In this document: one piece after another, positions 1 to 8,177 of the stretch
Position numbering within the stretch: position 1 is the first letter of the stretch
Layout of the letters: each line of letters starts with the position of its first letter
Assembly: GCA_964453345.1 (NCBI GenBank)
Contig: CAYVOC010000004.1
Location: forward strand, 56,519 to 68,685
Length of the DNA: 12,167 bases
From: an uncultured Aquificales bacterium
GTDB lineage: Bacteria; Thermosulfidibacterota; Thermosulfidibacteria; Thermosulfidibacterales; Thermosulfidibacteraceae
Reading direction: 5' to 3'
Translations under genes and position numbers: made by a program
Notes under the pieces: generated by a model
Seen by the model: the letters and a program-made list of their open reading frames with translations, nothing else
Told to the model about the DNA's origin: nothing
The model's database searches: none

Positions 1-773
1 GAAAAAACCGTCTCCCACACAGGATAGATGACGACCATCATAACAAACCAGGGAGACAGATTCGCCCTGTTGACCAACAAAAGCCCCACAACAGCCACAA
101 GATATCCGAGAAAATAGGCTCCCCCGTCCCCCAAAAAGATGGATCCCCACGGATAATTCCAGACAAAAAAGCCCAAAACCGCAAAGAAAGCAGACAAACT
201 CAGAAACAACCCCCCGCTGTGATTGACCAGATAGGCAACAACCGCATATGTCGCAAAGGTTATCAAAGCAACCCCGGAACAGAGGCCGTTGAATCCATCT
301 ATGATGTTGAAGGCCTGAGAAACACCGGCTATGGCAAAGGCCGTAAAGGCGAAGGAAAAGAGGCCTGAAGCGAAAAGAGGATCAAGAAGGGATATGCCCA
401 CCCTCCTCAACTCAACGGGCAATAGAGCACAGGCAAGCATCCCGGAAACAAAGGAGGCCGCCAACCTGCCTTTGGGACTCACATTCCTTGTGACGTCCTC
501 CAGAAAACCCGCTACAAAGACCGGGATCCCGGCAAAAACAACCCTTCCATACTCGCCTGCAAAGGGCTTGCCAGAAGCGAAATACAGAAGGCAAACAACC
601 ATCATGGAAGCAAAAATGGCAAGTCCGCCTATCCTTGGCACCTCACCCACATGGAATTTCTGAACGCCCTCAGCCTCATCATAAATGCCCTTCTCCCGGG
701 CAAGCCTTATCAACACACCACACACAACCAGGCTTACAAAAAAGGAGAGGATCAGGGAATAAAGCGCTTTCAC
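1..773 (-). CDS. MraY/WecA-family (glycosyltransferase family 4) polyprenyl-phosphate N-acetylhexosamine-1-phosphate transferase, 3' end outside window
   Basis: Not in the ORF track, so translated by hand. GTG at 773 directly follows the GTPase stop (TAA-GTG). It reads MKALYSLILSFFVSLVVCG...QKFHVGEVPRIGGL...GFLEDV...AFNIIDGFNGL...WNYPWGSIFLGDGGAYFLG...IYPVWETVF. It has many TM segments and the family motifs PRxGG, NxxDGxNGL and FLGDxG. The frame is open to the window edge. Confidence 0.9.
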   Translation of the reverse strand, partial: MKALYSLILSFFVSLVVCGVLIRLAREKGIYDEAEGVQKFHVGEVPRIGGLAIFASMMVVCLLYFASGKPFAGEYGRVVFAGIPVFVAGFLEDVTRNVSPKGRLAASFVSGMLACALLPVELRRVGISLLDPLFASGLFSFAFTAFAIAGVSQAFNIIDGFNGLCSGVALITFATYAVVAYLVNHSGGLFLSLSAFFAVLGFFVWNYPWGSIFLGDGGAYFLGYLVAVVGLLLVNRANLSPWFVMMVVIYPVWETVF

Positions 774-1316
774 TTACAACCCCTTATCACCCTTAAGATA
801 GCCCAAAACATCGTCCAGAAGCTCCAATAGAACCCCCTTCACACTCTCCCTGTCCGTAGCTATGCAGGGCACCACCTTAACGCTGCTGTCAAGATCGAGA
901 ATGCTCCTCACATACTCAGGGGGCCATGCATCGGGAAGATCCTGCTTGTTGGCAGCAACAATATACGGAACCTGAAGCCTGCTGTAAAAATAATCTATAA
1001 TGGGGCGGGCCTCCTTTATCCTCTCCACCTTTGCGCTATCAACGAGAACCACCACGCCAAGGGCACCCTCGCAGAGTATATCCCACATAAAATCAAACCT
1101 CACCTGTCCAGGAGTTCCAAAAAGGTAAAGGATTATATCATCCTCCAGGGTTATTTTCCCGTAATCCATGGCGACTGTGGTATGTCCCTTCTCCTTAAGC
1201 TCCTCCGAACTTGTGACCACCTCCTCTGTGGTAACAACCTCTATCTCGCTTATGGTCTGGATAAAGGTTGTCTTCCCTGCCGCATAGGGACCTGTCACCA
1301 GTATCTTCAATTTCAT
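774..1316 (-). CDS. MglA-family small Ras-like GTPase (TTVAMD/GTPGQ type, CvnD-like), 180 aa
   Basis: Motifs are G1 GPYAAGKT, switch [10 protein letters not shown]3 GTPGQVRF, G4 NKQD and G5 CIAT. Start moved from 1421 to the ATG at 1316 (MKLKILVTG), which forms an ATGA overlap with the upstream stop at 1313-1315. Confidence 0.9.
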   Translation of the reverse strand: MKLKILVTGPYAAGKTTFIQTISEIEVVTTEEVVTSSEELKEKGHTTVAMDYGKITLEDDIILYLFGTPGQVRFDFMWDILCEGALGVVVLVDSAKVERIKEARPIIDYFYSRLQVPYIVAANKQDLPDAWPPEYVRSILDLDSSVKVVPCIATDRESVKGVLLELLDDVLGYLKGDKGL

Positions 1317-2029
1317 TTCATACCTCTCAGTCTCTTTATGAGCCTGGCAACCAGCTTCACAGAAAGGAAATCTGCAAGTCGGAAGGCCCTGCGGGGCGCC
1401 CTCTGGATCAGGCCTGCACACAAAAAGCCGAAGAGTCTCTGCTTCACCTTGATGGGTGGAAGGCCCGTGTATTCTATAATCTCAGCCACCGTTCTTTTGC
1501 CATCAACAGCATCAAAGACCCTGTAATCATCGGCATCAAACTGGACCTGTGAAAGCATCTCATCGGCACCCTTGACCTTTCTAAATACCATCTCATCGGA
1601 GGATATTTTTCTTTCAAGAATTTCGGGATCGCTTATCCTTTTGGACTCACTAATAATGATTCTTTCGGTGCTCATGAGAAACTCTTTCACATCGTCATCC
1701 ACAAAGAAGTTGGCCTTTTCAAAGGAAAAGGTCCCCTTCGTTGAGGAGACAAAGGCCGCTATGGAGGATTTGATCCTGGCAATAAGTCTTGAAAACAAAG
1801 CGGCATCCTTAGTTTTAAGAGCGGTGACGAAATCCTTCACCAGCTTCTGCGTAAAAAGATCGTATGCTCTGTCAGCCCTGAAGGCAAAGGCGATTTTGCC
1901 GTCAACAAAATACATACCTATGTAGCCATTCCCCACATCCACAACCAGAATACCGGTTTCTCTATTGTCCCTGAGGATTTGAAGAAGCTCTATGGGGTGC
2001 AGATGCTCTAACTCACCCTTTATAGCCAT
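1313..2029 (-). CDS. DUF4388/PATAN-domain protein with C-terminal winged-helix-like region, 238 aa
   Basis: The N-terminus [30 protein letters not shown]...[12 protein letters not shown] and the later GTFSFE match the DUF4388 pattern. The C-terminal [38 protein letters not shown] is wHTH-like. AAGGTGAG SD lies upstream. It sits between roadblock and GTPase genes. Confidence 0.82.
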   Translation of the reverse strand: MAIKGELEHLHPIELLQILRDNRETGILVVDVGNGYIGMYFVDGKIAFAFRADRAYDLFTQKLVKDFVTALKTKDAALFSRLIARIKSSIAAFVSSTKGTFSFEKANFFVDDDVKEFLMSTERIIISESKRISDPEILERKISSDEMVFRKVKGADEMLSQVQFDADDYRVFDAVDGKRTVAEIIEYTGLPPIKVKQRLFGFLCAGLIQRAPRRAFRLADFLSVKLVARLIKRLRGMK

Positions 2030-2033
2030 AAAC

Positions 2034-2339
2034 TCACCTTACAAGCATCAGTATAGAAAGACCCCCCGCCAAAGGCACGCCGATTATCCTGCCCCTGTCG
2101 GTCTCCACGATCACCTTCTTCAGGTCGCTACCCCTCAAATCCTTAGCCACCCTCTTCGCCAAGGAGACGAAAGAGGCCCCCATGGCGGCAGCCCTTTCCT
2201 GATCCTTCCCGTCAACCATGGAATAAACGGGAAAACCATCGGAGGTCACAACAACCACAGCCTCCACCTCTCTATGGACGGAAAGAACCCTCTCAACGGC
2301 AAGCTTCAGTCTTTCCTCGTTCAATTTGACAGCCGACAT
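2034..2339 (-). CDS. Roadblock/LC7-domain (MglB-like) protein, 101 aa
   Basis: [14 protein letters not shown]...[41 protein letters not shown] is a typical roadblock pattern. ATG at 2339 overlaps the pilM stop (TGATG). An alternative TTG lies at 2342. Confidence 0.88.
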   Translation of the reverse strand: MSAVKLNEERLKLAVERVLSVHREVEAVVVVTSDGFPVYSMVDGKDQERAAAMGASFVSLAKRVAKDLRGSDLKKVIVETDRGRIIGVPLAGGLSILMLVR

Positions 2340-3385
2340 CAACCTGCCTCCGAAAAGATCAAACTTAGGGTCCCTCCCAGCGCCAAAGACAGGGGATTGG
2401 AAATCTCCTCAACGAACACCCTATCGAGCTTCCTGGAAAGGCCAAACCTTCTTAGGGGCATCATGGGCTCAACATCGGGAACTGCAGTAAACTCCCTCAG
2501 CAGGCCCGGCATATAGGGATTCAAAGCAGCCCCACCGGTTATGTATATCTTATCAACCACAAAATCCCCCAACCTCGATCCCACCACCATAAGCTCAGAG
2601 GATATAACAGAGCACAGCTCTCTGGTCGCATCAGAGAGGATCACCTCATCAACCCCACCGCTGCGCAGCCTGTCAAGGGCCTCCTCAACCGAAATTCCCG
2701 CAGCCTCGGCAACCCTCCTCGCAATCATCCCCTCGTTGGCGTCGGACAAACACTGGCCCAGAACCATGTTCCCCTCTTTTACAAATACCACATTGGTGTT
2801 GGTCTCGCCAATATCCAGAAGTATCACGGCATTGTGATCCGCAACCTCGGGATAGTTGAACAAAAACAGATTTGCAAGGGCCGTGAAGGCCGTATCAACC
2901 ACCGCCACCTCAGCTCCCATGCTGGAAAGGATCCTCCTGCATCTCTCAAGAACATCTTTTTTGGTTATCACGCAAAGAGCCATATTTCTATCCCCATGGG
3001 CGAAGACGTGTATATCGTAGGATATCTCATCAAGGGCGAAGGGGATCCTCGTTCTCAACTCCTCCTCAACAAATCCCCTGACATTTGCCACATCCTTCGG
3101 AAGCTCTATAGCGTGCACCATAACAAGCCTTCCCGGCATCACAAAGGAGACCTTTGTCACCTTCTCCGGGATATACCTCCAGACCGTCTCCATAATTCTC
3201 ACAAAGGAGACGCTATCCAGCACCTCAACAACACTGGACACAGGTTCAGGATAATCAATGGTGGTAGCATACACCACAACGGGCCTTTTCCTTTCCGGTT
3301 CAACCACCACAAGCTTCACACCAGAAGTCCCAAAATCTATACCCGCAACCCTCTCCCTTTTTCTGAAAAAATCAACGATGGCCAC
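2339..3385 (-). CDS. pilM: Type IV pilus assembly protein PilM family (actin/FtsA-like ATPase fold), about 348 aa
   Basis: Phosphate-1 [12 protein letters not shown], phosphate-2 [11 protein letters not shown], adenosine IYITGGAA and PilM-type [11 protein letters not shown] are present. Preferred start is the GTG at 3385 ([10 protein letters not shown]) with GGGGGG 5 nt upstream. The TTG at 3403 is an alternative. Confidence 0.82.
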   Translation of the reverse strand: MAIVDFFRKRERVAGIDFGTSGVKLVVVEPERKRPVVVYATTIDYPEPVSSVVEVLDSVSFVRIMETVWRYIPEKVTKVSFVMPGRLVMVHAIELPKDVANVRGFVEEELRTRIPFALDEISYDIHVFAHGDRNMALCVITKKDVLERCRRILSSMGAEVAVVDTAFTALANLFLFNYPEVADHNAVILLDIGETNTNVVFVKEGNMVLGQCLSDANEGMIARRVAEAAGISVEEALDRLRSGGVDEVILSDATRELCSVISSELMVVGSRLGDFVVDKIYITGGAALNPYMPGLLREFTAVPDVEPMMPLRRFGLSRKLDRVFVEEISNPLSLALGGTLSLIFSEAG

Positions 3386-4826
3386 AGCTGCCCCCCATCG
3401 CAAATTCCAGCAGATAATTACAAAGTTTCGGGGATTCCTTCAAAAGTGACGCCATTCTATCAAAGGACTCCCTCAAGCTCTCCCTGTAGCACACCCCGGA
3501 TGGCCTTCCGCCTATGGCCCGGACAAAGCCCTCTCTAACCCCATCGTTCTCAAATATCCCGTGGATATGGGTTCCGCACACATTCCCGACAACCGCCCCG
3601 TCCACTCCCTCATCGGTGCGGAACAAGGCCAGATCCTTGGGCACCTCAACCCTTCCGGAGTGGATCCTGTATCCGCAGATCCTTCCCCTAAGCCAGGCCG
3701 GAGCCCGATCCGTCGCCTCTACCTCAACCCCTCCAACCATCTTTTCCTCACAGTAGACCACCTCACCGGGGATAAGGGCAAGTCCCCTTTCACTTCCCCC
3801 ACCTTCCCGACCCGTGGGGTCAACCAGCCTCTCAAGCAGCATGTGGAAGCCTCCGCATATCCCCACAACCGCAACTCCCTCCTCAGCCTTCTTGACAATG
3901 GCCCTATCCAGCCCCCTATCCCTTAGCCACCTGAGATCATCAAGGACCCTCCTGCTTCCCGGAAGTATAACCGCCGCCACACCCTCAAGATCCTCAGGGG
4001 ACACACACCACCTCACCCCCACCCCCTCAACGGAAAAGGGAGCCAGATCGGAAAAGTTGGAGACCTTGGGATACCTGATAACTCCAATGACCGGATGCCC
4101 GAACTTCCCCCGTATATCCAGCGAATCCTCAGGCGGAATAACATGCTCCACATAGGGCAAAACGGCCAGAACCGGTATCCCCGTTCTCTCCTCCAGAAAA
4201 TCCAGTCCCGGCTTCAGTATATCCAGAAGCCCCCTGAACTTATTGATAACAATCCCTTTCAGCAATCCCCTCTCTTTCTCATCCAGCAGCTCATAGGTGC
4301 CCACCACCTGAGCAAACACCCCTCCCCTGTCTATATCGGCCACAAGCAAGGCCTCACCGCCAAAATCCCTGGCAAGAGCCATATTGGTGTAATCCCTATC
4401 CTTAAGATTCACCTCAACGGGGCTTCCCGCCCCTTCCGCCACCACAACCTCATACTCATCCAGCAGCTCGCCCAAAACCCTGTAGGCAACAGGCCTCACC
4501 CGGTCCCTGTATTCGTCAAAGGTGGCCGAATGGACAAAGCCCTCGGATCTTCCAAGAACTATAAGCTCACTTTTCGCATCCCCCACAGGCTTCAAAAGAA
4601 CCGGATTGAACCTCACCGAGGGTAGCTCATCACAAGCAAGGGCCTGAACATACTGGGCCCACGCCATCTCACCATCGGCTACGGCAACGGCGTTAAGGGA
4701 CATGTTCTGGGCCTTGAAGGGAGCCACCTTCACCCCGAGCCTTCTGAAGAACCTGCAAATGGCTGTTGCCAGAAAACTCTTTCCCGCCCCGGACGATGTG
4801 CCAACTATAAGAAGCAGCCTCCCCAC
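3372..4826 (-). CDS. cobQ: Cobyric acid synthase CobQ (adenosylcobyric acid synthase, glutamine-hydrolysing)
   Basis: Motifs [46 protein letters not shown] and INKFRG are present, with the GATase Cys in GICGG and His in HIHGIF. GTG 4826 is preferred over TTG 4835 because it gives the usual short N-terminus before GT and lies downstream of the predicted promoter. Confidence 0.93.
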   Translation of the reverse strand: MGRLLLIVGTSSGAGKSFLATAICRFFRRLGVKVAPFKAQNMSLNAVAVADGEMAWAQYVQALACDELPSVRFNPVLLKPVGDAKSELIVLGRSEGFVHSATFDEYRDRVRPVAYRVLGELLDEYEVVVAEGAGSPVEVNLKDRDYTNMALARDFGGEALLVADIDRGGVFAQVVGTYELLDEKERGLLKGIVINKFRGLLDILKPGLDFLEERTGIPVLAVLPYVEHVIPPEDSLDIRGKFGHPVIGVIRYPKVSNFSDLAPFSVEGVGVRWCVSPEDLEGVAAVILPGSRRVLDDLRWLRDRGLDRAIVKKAEEGVAVVGICGGFHMLLERLVDPTGREGGGSERGLALIPGEVVYCEEKMVGGVEVEATDRAPAWLRGRICGYRIHSGRVEVPKDLALFRTDEGVDGAVVGNVCGTHIHGIFENDGVREGFVRAIGGRPSGVCYRESLRESFDRMASLLKESPKLCNYLLEFAMGGSCGHR

Positions 4827-4835
4827 GGTCTTCAA

Positions 4836-4866
4836 ACTTTACAGGAACAGAGAACGGATGTAAACT
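4836..4866. promoter_or_regulatory. Overlapping divergent sigma70-type promoters (cobQ operon / acyl-CoA synthetase)
   Basis: Plus strand: TTTACA(4838-4843)-N17-TAAACT(4861-4866). Minus strand: TTTACA(4864-4859)-N17-TAAAGT(4841-4836). GGAGG SD at 4883-4887 serves the ATG at 4893. Confidence 0.65.
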
Positions 4867-4892
4867 GGTAAAAAAACAACCTGGAGGTAGAA

Positions 4893-6974
4893 ATGGGCTT
4901 TTCAATAAACAGCTTTTTCAAACCCAAAAGCGTTGCGGTTGTGGGAGCAACCCCCTCTGAGAAGAAGGTGGGTTACGCCATAATGCGCAATTTAGTAAAG
5001 CACGGATACACTGGCAAAATATATCCCGTAAACCCCAAAAGGGACGAGATTCTGGGAATCAAAGTCGTAAAGAACCTGCAGAATCTACCGGAAGCCCCGG
5101 AGCTTGCCATACTGGCGGTCCCTCCGAGGGCATGTATAGAGGCCGTTGATACCTTGGGCAGCATGGGAACAAAAGCCTTCCTTGTCATCTCCGCCGGATT
5201 CAAGGAGTCCGGGGAAGAGGGCAAGAGGCTTGAAAAGACCCTCGTGGAAACAGCCCATAAATATGGGGCGAGAATAACAGGGCCGAACTGCCTCGGCATA
5301 ATAGACACCCACACACCTCTGAATGCCACCTTCGCAACCGTTATGCCACCGACCGGGAATGTGGCTGTCGTTTCCCAGTCCGGAGCGTTACTCAGCGCCT
5401 TTCTGGATTGGTCTATCGATGAAGGAGTTGGCTTCTCAAAGGTGATAAGCTTAGGCAACCAGTGCGATCTGGACGAGGCAGACTTCATAGAATTCTTAGG
5501 GGAGGATCCTGAAACGGATGTGATACTCGTATACATGGAAGGGGTGGCCAACGGGACCAAGCTCATAGAGAAGATCCAGAAGGCAAGTTCGCAAAAGCCC
5601 ATACTGATTCTAAAGGTGGGAAGAACAGAGGCCGGATCCAGGGCCTCCTCCTCCCACACCGGATCCATAACCGGATCCGATGAGGCATACACAGCAGCGT
5701 TCAGAAAGGGAGGAGCCATAAGGGCGAAGACCATGGAGGATCTCTTCATCGCCGCCAAAATGTTCTCCCGCTACAGACCTGCACCTGTGGGGAATATCGC
5801 CATCCTAACCAACGCAGGGGGCCCCGGCATAATGGCAGCGGATGCAATAGAAGAGGCCGGACTTAAACTCGCCAGCCTTAAAAAAGAGACCAAAGAAAAG
5901 CTCTCCCGCGTCCTGCCCCCAGCAGCCGCCCTGAACAACCCAGTTGACGTCATAGGCGACGCAGACGCCTCAAGATACAGAAACGCCCTTAAGATACTCT
6001 CAGAAGCCGAAGAGGTTGACAGCATTCTTGTTTTGCTAACTCCACAGCTTATGACCGAAATAACCGAAACCGCAAGGACCATTTCCCGGTATAAACACCA
6101 GAAACCCACCATCTGTGCATTCATGGGCAAACACAGGGTAAAGGAGGGAGTAGAAATACTGAAATCCTCCGGTGTGCCCAACTACGACTTCCCGGAACAG
6201 GCCGTTGAAGCCCTGAGATTTACAGAGTCCTACCTTAAGGCGAAGGGAGGCTATCCCCTGAGGGCCGATGTCCATGTGGATCAGAAGCAGATAGACGAAG
6301 CCAGAAAAATCCTTGAAAAGGCAAAAGACCAACAAAAGGTTCTCGACGAATACATCGCCATGGAACTGGTTGAAGCCTTCGGCATACCCACCCCCAAAAG
6401 ATCCCTCGCCAGAAATCTGGATGAGGCCATAAAAGCAGCAGACAGCATAGGATACCCTGTGGTGTTAAAGATATCCTCTCCGGAAATCCTCCACAAAAGC
6501 GATGTTGGGGGGGTCATCACAGACGTAAAGAGTCCTGAAGAGTTGGAAAAAGCCTTTAGAGAGCTTATGGCAAGGGCCTCTAAGATAACGGAGAAAATCA
6601 GAGGGGTTATGATAGAAGAAATGGCACCTCAAGGGGTGGATCTTATCATCGGATTCAAAAGGGACGACACCTTTGGGCCAGTGGTAATCGTGGGACTTGG
6701 AGGCATTTATGTGGAGATTCTGAAGGACGTTGCCCACGGGATAGCCCCTATTTCCGTCATCGAAGCCACCGGCATGATAAGAAGCCTCAAGAGCCTCCCC
6801 ATACTCGAAGGAGCAAGGGGAAGAAGCGCCGTAAACATCCCCCTGCTGGCCGAAACCATATCACGATTCTCCCTGCTGGCCCAGGAGCTTACAGATCTGA
6901 AGGAAGGAGAGGTCAATCCCCTAAGGGCAACGCCCCAGGGAATCATCGCCCTCGACGCAAGATTCATCCTGTAA
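4893..6974 (+). CDS. ADP-forming acetate/acyl-CoA synthetase, fused alpha-beta subunits, 693 aa
   Basis: CoA-binding region [31 protein letters not shown], phospho-His SHTGS, TNAGGPG and NNPVDV are present. The ATP-grasp domain has [22 protein letters not shown] and ends ALDARF. There is no GNAT domain. GGAGG SD. Confidence 0.93.
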   Translation: MGFSINSFFKPKSVAVVGATPSEKKVGYAIMRNLVKHGYTGKIYPVNPKRDEILGIKVVKNLQNLPEAPELAILAVPPRACIEAVDTLGSMGTKAFLVISAGFKESGEEGKRLEKTLVETAHKYGARITGPNCLGIIDTHTPLNATFATVMPPTGNVAVVSQSGALLSAFLDWSIDEGVGFSKVISLGNQCDLDEADFIEFLGEDPETDVILVYMEGVANGTKLIEKIQKASSQKPILILKVGRTEAGSRASSSHTGSITGSDEAYTAAFRKGGAIRAKTMEDLFIAAKMFSRYRPAPVGNIAILTNAGGPGIMAADAIEEAGLKLASLKKETKEKLSRVLPPAAALNNPVDVIGDADASRYRNALKILSEAEEVDSILVLLTPQLMTEITETARTISRYKHQKPTICAFMGKHRVKEGVEILKSSGVPNYDFPEQAVEALRFTESYLKAKGGYPLRADVHVDQKQIDEARKILEKAKDQQKVLDEYIAMELVEAFGIPTPKRSLARNLDEAIKAADSIGYPVVLKISSPEILHKSDVGGVITDVKSPEELEKAFRELMARASKITEKIRGVMIEEMAPQGVDLIIGFKRDDTFGPVVIVGLGGIYVEILKDVAHGIAPISVIEATGMIRSLKSLPILEGARGRSAVNIPLLAETISRFSLLAQELTDLKEGEVNPLRATPQGIIALDARFIL

Positions 6975-7706
6975 TTACTCTATGTAATAGGTCACCCTGC
7001 GAAAGCGCTTTCTGCGCTTGGGGAAGAGTCTATAAAGAAAGATGCCTGATATGAAGCCCCCTATGTGGGCGAACCAGGCGACGCCGGTGGGCATCCTGGT
7101 GGTGAGCGTGGCTATGCCATTGAGATACTGCATGAAAAACCACAACCCTATGAAAATAAGAGCGGGGATCCTCACAACGGTCACGAAAAAGAAGAAAAAG
7201 ACTAAGGTCTCCACCTTGGCCCAGGGGAACTCTATCATGTAGGCTCCCAGCACCCCGGATATGGCGCCACTTGCCCCTATCATGGGCACGGGAGAATGGG
7301 GCATAACGACACTGTGTATGAGGGTGGCAAGGATCCCGCACAAAAGGTAGAAAATCAAGAATCTAAAGTGCCCCAGGACATCTTCCACATTGTTTCCGAA
7401 TATCCACAGAAATAGCATGTTTCCGGCAAGGTGCATGAACCCTCCGTGCAGAAACATGCAGGTTATCAAAGTCACAGGAACCGGTGCTGCGCTGGTGAAG
7501 TGATGCCCGTAGAGGTAATACTCTATGGGGATTTTGCCTCCCGTCATAATCCTTAAAGGTATGGCACCGTAGGCGTAGATTATCTGATTGAGAACGGGCT
7601 TGGGCAGGGATATCTCCCACAAAAAGACAAGTACATTCACAACAATAAGCGCTATGGTAACGTAGGGCGTGGTTTCGGTGGGGTTTTCATCCCTTATAGG
7701 TATCAA
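6975..7706 (-). CDS. Rhomboid-family intramembrane serine protease, 243 aa
   Basis: N-terminus MIPIRDENP, MFLHGGFMHLAGNMLFLWIFGNNVED, catalytic Ser in GASG and catalytic His in AHIGGF. TTG start with GAGGGGAG SD. Confidence 0.95.
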   Translation of the reverse strand: MIPIRDENPTETTPYVTIALIVVNVLVFLWEISLPKPVLNQIIYAYGAIPLRIMTGGKIPIEYYLYGHHFTSAAPVPVTLITCMFLHGGFMHLAGNMLFLWIFGNNVEDVLGHFRFLIFYLLCGILATLIHSVVMPHSPVPMIGASGAISGVLGAYMIEFPWAKVETLVFFFFFVTVVRIPALIFIGLWFFMQYLNGIATLTTRMPTGVAWFAHIGGFISGIFLYRLFPKRRKRFRRVTYYIE

Positions 7707-7721
7707 TCTGCTCTCCCCTCA

Positions 7722-8177
7722 CTAAGGCTCATAAACATCACCCACGTAAATCTTTATATCCAAACCTTTATCCTCTATCATAGCTCTTATCAAGCCGCAC
7801 CCTGCCACCAACTCATCCTCCACCCACACCCTGTTAAGGCCGCAACAGGGACTCTTCTCCTTTAAGAAAAGCCTTTTAACCCCTGCAAGCCCTGCGATTT
7901 TAAGGGCATACTCACATCCTTTGATAAGCCTTTCTGTTACATCTTCACCCTTCTCGTTCACTATTCTGGCTTTACCTTTAAGAACTGCCCTTGCATCTCC
8001 CCCGTAGAACTGGGCTGGAGGCCTTGGCGTGGTGAGTCCTGCAAGCTGTTCGGGGCAAAAGGGAACAGGGCTGAAGCGCTCCAGGAAGCGCTCCAGCCCC
8101 TTCATCCGTTTATGCCCGCCATCATACCTGCAGGGGATTCCCAAAAGACAGAGGCTCACCCCCACAGGTTCCTTCAC
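7722..8177 (-). CDS. DUF523/YbbK family (TudS thiouracil desulfidase-like) Fe-S protein, 151 aa
   Basis: Motifs [34 protein letters not shown] and [12 protein letters not shown] start overlaps the clpB stop (GTGA, 8174-8177). Confidence 0.9.
   Translation of the reverse strand: MKEPVGVSLCLLGIPCRYDGGHKRMKGLERFLERFSPVPFCPEQLAGLTTPRPPAQFYGGDARAVLKGKARIVNEKGEDVTERLIKGCEYALKIAGLAGVKRLFLKEKSPCCGLNRVWVEDELVAGCGLIRAMIEDKGLDIKIYVGDVYEP

Noticed and set aside
331-663. Short ORFs 331-663 (+) and 412-594 (-)
   Set aside because: They overlap the MraY/WecA-family gene in other frames and have no recognisable features.
1317-1421. Cys-rich 35-aa N-terminal extension of the GTPase in the ORF track
   Set aside because: It lies inside the DUF4388 gene. 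The ATGA-coupled start at 1316 gives a normal GTPase N-terminus.
5632-5678. Three copies of CCGGATCC
   Set aside because: These are recurrent Gly-Ser codons around the catalytic His region with irregular spacing, not a CRISPR or regulatory repeat.
4893-6974. Protein lysine acetyltransferase (Pat/YfiQ) assignment
   Set aside because: There is no GNAT domain, and both catalytic His motifs (SHTG, HKSD) of ADP-forming synthetases are retained.
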